The position numbers and the translations under genes are program-made. This document shows, piece by piece, positions 22,095-31,467 of a stretch of 32,000 nt of DNA (positions within the stretch are counted from its first letter, which is position 1; each line of letters opens with the position of its first letter). Location: positions 330,001 through 362,000 of the forward strand of contig AP027131.1 in assembly GCA_027925225.1 (NCBI GenBank). The letters are read 5' to 3'. The DNA is from Candidatus Saccharimonadota bacterium (lineage in GTDB: Bacteria; Bacillota_I; Bacilli_A; Mycoplasmatales; Hepatoplasmataceae). The notes beneath the pieces are model-generated. The model was not told the DNA's origin and made no database searches. It saw nothing but the letters and a program-made list of their open reading frames with translations.

Positions 22095-22500
22095 TAAAAG
22101 TCCTTATTTTAGATGTATTTGCCATTAATAATGAAGAAATAGCTATTGGTAAAAATGTTTTAGTTATTTTTGTAACATGAAGAAGACATAATAACTATGA
22201 AGATATAATTATTCTTTATGAAAGACTTGTAAAAGGTAATATTTATACTTCTTTTTGTATAGGAAAACATCGTTTATAACAAAGAATAAAAAAACTTGGT
22301 GAAGAAAAAAATAACAAGAGATATTCCTAATTCCTATAAATAATCAATGCGTAATTTAGATGGTGAAGAAATTATTTTTGTTGATTCTGAAATAAAAGTC
22401 GAAGGTGTTCTTATCGGAAAAATAACTTCAAAAGGTGTGAAAGCGATCTCTCTCCAGAAGAAAAACCTTTAGATATAATTCTTTGAAATAAAACTCTGAT
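22095..22500 (+). pseudogene. rpoB: Degraded fragment of rpoB (RNA polymerase beta subunit, central region of ~130 codons)
   Basis: Hand translation gives EIAIGKNVLVIFVTW(TGA)RRHNNYEDIIILYERLVKGNIYTSF. Compare the conserved RpoB block ELALG.NV.V.FM.W.GYN.EDAII.SERLVK.D.YTSIHI. It then reads ITRDIPNSYK*SMRNLDGEEIIFVDSEIKVEGVLIGKITSKGV; compare ITRDIPNV.E.AL.NLD..GI..IGAEV..GD.LVGKVTPKG. It is broken by TAA/TAG stops and at least two frameshifts, and no start or flanking rpoB sequence is present. Confidence 0.7.
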
Positions 22501-22538
22501 GTAATTAATTTTTTTAAATTTTAATTATATTAAAAAAA

Positions 22539-22568
22539 ATCTCAATAATAAGATATTGAGATTTTTTT
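22539..22568. terminator. Bidirectional terminator: A7, ATCTCAATA-ataaga-TATTGAGAT, T6. On the minus strand it terminates the giant fibre gene
   Basis: 9-bp perfect stem with an A-run and a T-run on either side. It lies 31 nt downstream (minus sense) of the TAA at 22599-22601. Confidence 0.7.
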
Positions 22569-22598
22569 GTTTATTTTTAATTGACAAAATATTTATTT

Positions 22599-23375
22599 TT
22601 AAGATTTTCTTTTATAAATATTTAGATTAATAGAATCATTTTTATCATTTAATAAAGTTTTAATTAAAAATCAGTTTCCGTATTTAGGTAAAACTCCATT
22701 ACTTATAATAACACTACCCACCGGAAGCATTAATTTATTAATCATTAAAATTAATAAATCTAATTGTTTTTGTAAATTAATAATTTCTAGACTTTCATTA
22801 TTTAAAACGCTTTCTGTGATTCTATTTAATTTAAGATTTAATTCTTTTAAATCTGCTTTATTAGCTTTTGTTTTTAAAGCATTATCAACATAAATTTTGG
22901 GAGTTGGATTTGTATTTTTTGTTGGCATTAAAATTTTATTTTTTTCATCAACAATATCTACTCCGTTTGTAAGGATTCTTAATTTTGTAAAACTTTCTGT
23001 TTTATCATCAATATTTTTAATATATGGATAAGAATAATTCTCATCATAATTAAATGATCCTAATTTATCAATATTTTTGTCATTTAAAGAAAATTGAATT
23101 GATTTATTATTTACTAATTTTTCTAATTTTATCAATCTTCAATTTATATTTTTATTTACTTTTGCTTGACTTATTCCACCTTCTAAAAAATTATTTGCTG
23201 TTGGTATTTCTAAAGTGCTTAAAATAGAAACACTATCTTTTAAAATGTGATTAAATCCATAAATAGATATATTATTTAAATTTTCATCAGCAATATTAAG
23301 AGTACCAGTTAATTCACTTGTTATTGTAAATGAACTTCTTCCATCTATTGAAAATACATTTTCGATATTTAGCAC
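22599..23375 (-). CDS. 3'-terminal remainder of the giant fibre gene (~258 codons from GTG 23375): end of head module 4 plus the family C-terminal cassette. Separated from the main ORF by the frameshifted segment
   Basis: Track ORFs 23139..23375 and 22671..23135 share the frame of the giant ORF and are joined by TGA. Read-through of TGA at 22671 gives ...MLPVGSVIISNGVLPKYGNWFLIKTLLNDKNDSINLNIYKRKS then TAA at 22599. Frame 0 is open upstream only to the TAA at 23475-23477. Independent translation is unproven. Confidence 0.5.
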
Positions 23376-24245
23376 TAATGAGTTTGTTGGAATTAGAATT
23401 CCAGCTAAAGTATTGTTTATATAATAAGAAACAAATATAAATTGATAATTACATCATGTTTCAGAAAATGAGAGATTATTGCCATTTAAAACTGAAATTT
23501 CATTTAATTGACGATTATTTTTAAATCCTCATATTCCAGTTAAAGATGAATCACTAGTTGTAAAATCAGTTTTATTAGTAAAAGTTAAATATTGTAATGT
23601 TCCAAAATAATTCATTGCAACATTTGAAAATATTTTATCTGTTTTTACAATATTAAAAGTTGTTTGTTGATTATTTGTTACTTGAGATTTAATTATTAAA
23701 AAATCATAATTTAAATAACTTTCACTCAATGTTGTATTGGTTCCATCATTAAGATGTGTACTTGGGAAAGAATAAGTAGAAATTTTTTCTATTCCTTGAA
23801 ATTTATTATTTGTAATTAAAGATTTATTAAATTTTTTAAATTTAATTTCATGATCAGAAACAACATTCATATAAAAACCATAATAATTTGGATTATCATC
23901 ATTATTATTAATATCACAAATACTATTATTAACATTTTCTCCAACTAAACTAAAACCACCATTTTTAAAATAATTTATATTTGCATCACTTGTTACAGAT
24001 TTAAAGAAATAAATATTATTATTTGTTATTGAATTAAATGATGTTCTTGAAGATAAACCTGCATTTTGTCCAGAAATTAAATTTGTTTCCTCAAACTCTT
24101 CTTCATCTGCAATTTTACCTACTAAATTATTTATTTTAATTTCAAAAGTATTAATAGCATTATGAATGCCAACATGGGCATTTGCATTTTCTACATTTAA
24201 ATTTTTTTGAATATTAGAATTTTCAGAAATTGATTCTAAAGAAGA
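23142..24245 (-). repeat. Head module 4 (~368 aa, SSLESISENSNIQ ... GISQAKVNKNIN), carrying the two frameshifts
   Basis: Same block order. The homologous peptide KNNRQLNEISVLNGNNLSFSE is encoded in the +1 frame between 23462 and 23517. Confidence 0.75.
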
Positions 24246-27200
24246 ATTTTCACTTAATAAAAGAGAAGTAATATTTAATTTTCAAGGTCATTCTCTAATC
24301 GTTACATCATTTAAAGTAAGCTTTGGATAATTATAATTTCCTTCTTTTATTGTTGTTAATTCTGATACATTTGTTTCGCCTTGAATTAAATAAGGGTTCA
24401 TTCCTCTAGATGAATTTGTATCACTATCATCAATTAGTTTTGATGTAGAGATTTTTATTACTGTTGTTCCACTTATTATTCCTGCTACTTCTGTATTTAA
24501 AGTATCTAATTCTGTACTTAAACTTTCTATATCTGTTGTATTTGTCTGAGTTTGAATTAAATAAGGGTTTATTCCGTCATCTGGATTTGTAACACTATCA
24601 TCTTCTAATGCTGATGTATTAGGTGTTGTTGTTATTACTGTTGTTCCATTTGTTATTCCTTCAACTTCTGTACTTAAAGTGTCTACTTCTGTATTTAAAC
24701 TTTCTATATCTGTTGTATTTGTTTGGGCTTGAATTAAATATGAATTTATTCCGTCATCTGGATTTGTAGCACTATCATCTTGTAATGTTGATGTATTAGG
24801 TGTTGTTGTTATTACTGTTGTTCCACTTGTTATTCCTTCAACTTCTGTACTTAAAGCATCTATTTCTGTTGTATTTGTTTGAGCTTGAACTAAATAAGGA
24901 TTTATCCCTTCATCTGGATTTGTAGCACTATCATCTTGTAATGTTGATGTATTGGGTGTTGTTGTTATTACTGTTGTTCCACTTGTTATTCCTTCAACTT
25001 CTGTACTTAAAGCATCTATTTCTGTATTTAAACTTTCTATATCTGTTGTATTTGTTTGAACTTGAACTAAATAAGGATTTATTCCTTCGGTTGGATTTGT
25101 AGCACTATCATCTTCCATAGATGAAGATGATGATAATATTTCTATGCCTGAAGGTCATTCATCTATTGCTTCTCCATTAATAATTAATTGCGGATAATTA
25201 TAAAGGCCTTCCTCTATTATTATTAATTGAGCACGATTATTTATTATATCGTCTTGAGTTTTATTAAAATCTGATTTATTAACTTTGGTTTCAATATTTA
25301 AAATATTTTCATCAATTTGTGTTTTTCAAGGATTTATTCCTTCTGTTGGATTTATAGCACTATCATCTGTAATTTTTGAAGAAATAGAAGTTACAAAAAG
25401 AGGATCTGTTCCGTCTATTATTCCTGTTATTGTATCATCTAAAGATGAAATTTCTGTATCTAAAGTATCTACTTCTGTATTTAAATTTTCTATATCTGTA
25501 GCATTTGTCTGAGTTTGAATTAAATAAGGATTTATTCCTTCAGTTGGATTTTCACTGCTATCATCAATAACTAAAGAACTTAAAGATTTTTTTGTTATAG
25601 GTATTGTCCCATTTTTTATTCCTGTTAATTCTGTATTTAAAGTTTCAACTTCTGTATTTAAATTTGTTATATTTTGAGTATTTTCTTGATTTTGAATTAA
25701 ATAAGGATTTATTCCTTCGGTTGGATTTTCACTGCTATCATCTACTAATTCAGAAGAAGATGGAATATCTTCCTCTGAAGGTCATGATTCTATTATCTCT
25801 TCATTTAATTTTAATTGAGGAAAGTTATAATCACCTTCTTTTATTAATTCTAAATCTTCAGTATTTTGAGTAACAATTGTATTCATTTCATCTAAATCTA
25901 ATTGATTTGCTTTTGTTGATATATTTAATTTATTTTCATCAAGTTGTGTTTTTCAAGTATTTATTCCTTCTGTTGGATTTTCACTACTATCATCTGTAAC
26001 TAACGAACTTAAAGAATTTTTTGCTGTAGGTATTGTTCCGTCTATTATTCCTGATACTTCTGTATTTAAAGAATCTACTTCTGTATTTAAATTTTCTATA
26101 TCTGTAGCATTTGTCTGAGTTTGAATTAAATAAGGATTTATTCCTTCTGTTGGATTTGTAGTACTATCATCTGCAACTAATGAACTTAAAGAATTTTCTG
26201 CAATAGGTATTGTTCCGTCTATTATTCCTGCTACTTCTGTATTTAAAATATCTATTTCAGAACTTAAATTTGTTATATTATCTGTATTTTCTTGAACTTG
26301 AATTAAATAAGGATTTATTCCTTCTGTTGGATTTTCATCACTATCAATTATTAATGAAGAAGTATTTGGAGTAGTTTCAATAGGTATTGTTCCGTCTATT
26401 ATTCCTGTTACTTCTGTATTTATAGTATCTATTTCGGTGTTTAAATTATTCATTTTTATATTTAAGGAATCTATGTTTGTAGTATTTTCTTGTCCTTGAA
26501 TTAAATAAGGATTTATTTCTTTGGTTGGATTTTCATCACTATCATCAGAAATTAAGCCTGAATATATTAAATTCCCTTGATTTCATGTTTTTATTAAATA
26601 ATTATTTAATATCAACTGAGGATAATTATATGTTCCATTTTTTATTAAAATTAAATCTGCAGTGTTTTGAACAATATCTCCATTTATTGAACATAAATCT
26701 GATTGATCAATTTTTTCTTCATTTAAATACATTAAACTATTTTGCACATTTTCATTAACTTCAGCTTGATTGCTTCCGCCTTCAAGTATGCTAAAAACTG
26801 TTGGTATTTTTGATGTATTTAAACTAGAAATTGCATCTTTTAAAATATGATTAAGTCCATAAATTTCTACATTGCTTAATTTTCAACTAATATTATTGAA
26901 AGTTCCTTCTAATTCATTTATTAATTTAAATGAACTTCTTGCATCGATTGAAAACCTATTATTATTATTTAATATTATTGAATTTGTTGGAATTAAAATT
27001 CCTGATAATTTATTATCAATATAATAAGAAACAAAAATAAATTGATAATTAGTTCATGTTTCTGAAAATGAAAAATTAATATCACTTAAAACTGCAATTC
27101 TATTTAACTGATGATTATTTTTAAAGCCTCATATTCCAAGCAATGAAGAATCACTAGCAATAAAATCTGTTTCATTAGTAAAAGTTAAATATTGTAATGT

Positions 27201-30200
27201 TCCAAAATAATTCGTTGCAACACTAGAAACAATTTTATCTGTTTTTACAATATTAAAAGTAGTTTGTTGATTGTTTGCTACTTGAGATTTAATTATTAAA
27301 AAATCATAATTTAAATAGCTTTCACTTAATGATGTATTAGTTCTATCATTAAGTTGAATATTAGAAAAAGGATATGCAGAAATTCTTTCTATACCTGTAA
27401 AACTGTTGGTTGTATTTGAAGACGGAGTAAATTTTGTAAAGGTAATGTCATAATCAGATATAACACTAGAATAAAAACCAAAATAAGCTGAATTTTCACT
27501 ATTTGTAGTATTATAGGAAATATTATTAATTTTTTCTCCAATTGAATTTATACCTGCATTTCTTAAAAAATCTGTAGTTTTATCGCCTGTTGAAGATTTT
27601 AAAAAATAAACATTATTATCTGTTATTGGATAAGGTAATGTTTTTTCAGTTAGACTTGGGGCTTGCTCTGAAATTATATTAATTTCTTCAATTGGTTCTT
27701 CATCTGTAATTTTACCTTTTAGATTTTTTATTCTATCTTCTAAAATATCAAAAGTATTATGAATAACTAAATGATCATTGACATTTTCTTGATTTATTAT
27801 TTCTTGATTTATTGCTGTTCCTGTAATCGACTCTAAAGAGGAATCAGTTGCTTTTACAAAAGAAGTATCTTTTGCTTCATCTTCTAAAAATCATTTTGTA
27901 ATTGTTTGCCCGTCTAAAATTAATTGTGGATAATCAAAAGTTCCTTCCTTTATTGTTGTTAGATCTGAATTATTTTTTTCAACAATTAAATTTGTTTCAT
28001 CTAAATTAATTTGATCTGATTTTAATAAAATATCTGCTTCATTTTTATCAATTTGTGTTAAATTTGGATTTATTCCCAGCATAGGATTAATCTCTTTATC
28101 GTCAGTCACTAAACCTGAATATATTGAATTTTCTAAATTTCATGTTTTTATTACATAATTATTCAAAGTAAGTTGAGGATAATCATAAATACCAGTTTTT
28201 ATTGATGTTAAATAATTTTGTACATTTTCATTAATTTCCGCTTGATTGTTTCCGCCCTCTAATGTACTATTTGATATTGATATTTTTGAAGTACCAACAC
28301 TAGAAACTCAATCATTTCAAATATGATTAAATCCATAAATTTCTATATCAGTCAATTTACCATCATTATCAACTAAAATACCTTCAAAATCACTTATTAA
28401 TGTAAGATGATTTCTTCCATCTAATGAAAATGTAATCCCTTTATTTAACACTATTGAATTTGTTGGAACTAAAAGACCACCTAAAACTCCACTTATGTAA
28501 TAAGAAATAAAGATAAATTGATAATTAGTTCATGTTTCTGAAAAAATAAAATTTGCATCATTTAAAATTGCAATTTTTTCTAATTTACGAGTATTTTTAA
28601 ATCCTCATATTCCAAGTAATGATGAATCATTCATTATAAAATCTGTTTCATTAGTAAAAGTTAAATATTTTAATGTACCAATATAACTCATTCCAACATC
28701 AGAAATTATTTTATCTGTTTTTACAATATCAAAAATAATTTGTTGATTAACTTGTATTTGAGATTTAATTATTAAAAAATCATAATTTAAATAACTTTCA
28801 CTTAATGTTGTAGTTGTTCTATCATTAAGTTTAGTATTTAAAAAAGAATATCCTGAGATTTTTTCTACTCCTTGAACATCATTACTGGCATTTAAAGGTT
28901 TAGCAAATTTTCCAAAAGTAACATCATTATCAGAAACAACATGCATATAAAAACCATGATAATTTGAATCATTAGAAGAATCTGGATTATGATGTGCATT
29001 AGTAAGATTTTCTCCTATTAAATTTAATCCAAAATTTAAAAAACCGTCTGGATTTTTAGTAATATAAATAAAATTATTTTCTGTTATTGGAAAAAGTAAT
29101 GTTTTTTCATTAAAACTTGGAGACTGTTCTGGTAATAGAATAATTTCTTCAATTTCATCTTCATCTGCAATTTTACCCATTATATTATTTGCTTCTAATT
29201 TTAAATCATTAATAGCATCATGAATAGATAAATGATTATTAACATTTTCCTTATTTACTGCCTCTTGATTTATTTCAGTTTGAGAAATTGATTCCAAAGA
29301 AGAATTGAAAAGCGAAAGAAGTGAAGTATTTCCTGTTCAATCTTCTGAACTTCAATTATTAATTAATTCTCCATTTAAATTAAGTTGAGGATAATTATAA
29401 GTTCCTTCTTTTATTTTTAATAAATCTGAACTATTTTGATTAACAACTGTGTTTATTTCATCAAAATTAGTTTGGTTTGCTTTTAAGGAAACATTTTCTA
29501 AGTTTGTATTTATTTGTGTTAAAAGTGGATTTATTCCTAATGTAGGATTAATATCAATATCATCAGTTATTTCACTAGAAGTTGGGGGTTCTTCTGAATT
29601 CCCTAAGGGTCATGTTGTAATTACTTCATTATTTAAAGTAAGCTGAGAATAATCATAAGTTCCAGTTTTTATTTCTGATAAATCAGTTTGTACATTTTCA
29701 TTAACTTCTTGTTGATTTTCTCCATCTTCAGATGTACTATCAACTGTTGGTATTTTTGATGTATTTAAACTAGAATCTTTATCTTTTAAAATATGATTAA
29801 GACCATAAATTTCTACATTACTTAATTTATTGTCAATATTATTAAAAGTACCTTCTATTTGATTTTCTAATGTAAATGAACTTCTACCATCTATTGAAAA
29901 TATATTTTTATTTTTTATTATTAATGAATTTGTTGGAATTAAAATTCCTGATAATTTACTATCGATATAATAAGAAACAAAAATAAATTGATAATTTTTT
30001 CATGTTTCTGAAAATGAAAAATTAGTATCACTTAAAATTGCAATTCTATTTAATTGATTAGTATTTTTTAATCCTCATATTTCAAGTAAAGAAGAATCAC
30101 TAATTGTAAAATCTTTTTCATTAGTAAAAGTTAAATATTGTAATACTCCAAAATAATTAATTGCAACATCAGAAATTATTTTATCTGTTTTTACAATATT

Positions 30201-31115
30201 AAAAGTTGTTTGATTATTGTTTGCTATTTTAGATTTAAAAATTAAAAAATCATAATTTGAATAATTTTCACTTAATGTTGTATTAGTTCTATCATTAAGT
30301 AATTTGTAATCAGGAAAAGAATACCCAGAAATTTTTTCTATACCTGTAAAAATATTATTTAAATTTGAGGGTTGAGCAAATTTTGTAAAAGTAATATCAT
30401 AATCAGAAATAATACTCATATAAAAACCATAATAGTTTGAATTATTACTATTTGCAGAATTATAAGAAATATTATTAACCTTTTCTCCAATTAAGTTTAA
30501 TCATCCATTTTTAAAGAAATCTGTAGTTTTATCATTTGTTGTAGATTTAAAAAAATAAATATTATTATCTGTTATTGAAAAGGGTAATATTTTTTCAGTT
30601 AGACTTGCATCTTGATCTGGAATTAATTGAATTTCTTCTATTTCTTTTTCATCTTCTGTTTTTCCAGCTATACTATCAATTCCTATTTTTAAGGAATTAA
30701 AAGTATTGTGGATTTTTTTGTGTTCATTAACATTTTCTTCATTTGCTGTTTTTTGATTTAAAGCAACACCAGAAAGTGATTCTAACGAAGAATCAAAAAG
30801 AGAAACAGAAGAAGTGTCTATTTCTACTTCATTTTCAGATAATTTATTAATTTTTTTATTATTTAAAAATTTTTTTGATTGATTAAAAACTTCATTCCTA
30901 ACTTTAATTAAATTTGTGTCATTTTCGGCACTTTTAATATTAATATTATTTAAACTAGTTTGATTTGTTTTAATATTAATATTTTCTAATTCTTTTACAT
31001 CTAATTTTTTAAAAGGCTTAGAAAACATTTGATTTTCATTTTTTTTAATTGGTGTAAAATTATTATTTTCTTTATTTAAATTTTCGAATTTATTTGTTGT
31101 TTTTTTTAATTTCAT
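23514..31115 (-). CDS. Giant modular fibre-like protein, intact reading frame of 2533 codons (conceptually 2838 codons to 22599 if two 1-nt indels are corrected)
   Basis: Nine track ORFs (30501..31115 down to 22671..23135) all lie in the same minus-strand frame. I hand-translated every gap: 30420-30500, 29298-30074, 28110-28604, 26454-27890, 25119-25952 and 23871-24287. They contain only TGA codons, no TAA or TAG. ATG at 31115 with RBS AGAGGAGAT. The first true stop is TAA at 23514-23516. Confidence 0.8.
24288..26546 (-). repeat. Stalk array: 12 tandem coding repeats of 52-85 aa, each starting (D/S/T)xNPxxGINPYLxQ
   Basis: Nine a-type units: NPTEGINPYLIQ.Q.NT.DI..LNTE.D.L.TEV.GI..GT..I, followed by a Ser/Thr linker and DDS. 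Two b-type units: NPTEGINxWKTQ.DEN...IKEG.YN(Y/F)PQL.LN...I..W. One hybrid last unit. The 3'-most four a-units (24480-25115) are nearly identical at the DNA level. Confidence 0.85.
26742..27842 (-). repeat. Head module 3 (~367 aa, SSLESITGTAINQ ... NQAEVNENVQ)
   Basis: Same block order. It starts 1461 nt downstream of the module 2 start. Confidence 0.8.
28218..29303 (-). repeat. Head module 2 (~362 aa, SSLESISQTEINQ ... NQAEINENVQ)
   Basis: Same block order as module 1. It starts 1488 nt downstream of the module 1 start. Confidence 0.8.
29688..30791 (-). repeat. Head module 1 of the giant protein (~368 aa, SSLESLSGVALNQ ... QQEVNENVQ)
   Basis: Collinear with modules 2-4. Shared blocks: IH..FN/ coiled segment, EEI.LIP.Q..SL.EK.LP..IT.NN.YF, N.YYGFY...SD.D.TF.KF, G.EKISGYSF, LNDRT.TTLSE.Y.NYDFLI.KS, F.IVKTDKI.S, L.YLTFTN..DF...DSSL..IWG.KN, FSETW.NYQFIF.SYYI, PTNS, FS.DGR, EIYG.NHI. 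Confidence 0.8.
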
Positions 31116-31154
31116 ATCTCCTCTTTTAAAATATGTTTTTAAATAATTTATTTT

Positions 31155-31183
31155 ATTTTAAAAATAAATATCACACATAACAA
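31155..31183 (-). promoter_or_regulatory. Candidate promoter of the giant gene: -35 TTGTTA (31183-31178), 17 nt spacer, -10 TAAAAT (31160-31155)
   Basis: Motif match and spacing only, in a very AT-rich spacer. About 40 nt upstream of the ATG at 31115. Confidence 0.25.
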
Positions 31184-31425
31184 AGTAAAAAATAATAATC
31201 AATAATTAACAAAAAGAAATTATTTCATTATTAAATTAACATAATATATTTTGACTTAAAAAGTCTTGTTTTTATATTCTAGTTTATATTTTATTGAATT
31301 AAATTTTTTTATCTTATATTTAAAATTAAATCTAAAAATTCAATCAACATAATTTTAATATGTTTTTAAATTATTTATATTAAATAATGTAAAAAAATAA
31401 TTTTAAATTAAAAAAATAAAAAAAA

Positions 31426-31447
31426 GAAGTTTAACTTCTTTTTTTTT
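31426..31447 (-). terminator. Terminator between the upstream fibre gene and the giant gene: A-run, GAAGT-tta-ACTTC, T-run
   Basis: 5-bp stem flanked by A8 and T9. It lies 20 nt downstream (minus sense) of the TAG at 31468-31470. The stem is short, so the call is weak. Confidence 0.4.
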
Positions 31448-31467
31448 ATAAATTAAATAATTAAATT

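Noticed and set aside
24288-26546. Regular ~156-177-nt periodic repeats that could superficially suggest a CRISPR array or satellite
   Set aside because: The repeats are contiguous with no unique spacers. They keep one reading frame and are conserved at the protein level (NPxxGINPYLxQ...), inside a long code-4 ORF. They are coding tandem repeats, not CRISPR.
25285-29646. Plus-strand track ORFs 25285..25512, 25604..25873, 26525..26758 and 29449..29646
   Set aside because: They are antisense to the continuous giant minus-strand ORF. They are low-complexity (Phe/Leu/Ile/Ser-rich), have no RBS and no homology among themselves, and are typical shadow ORFs of an AT-rich repeat gene.
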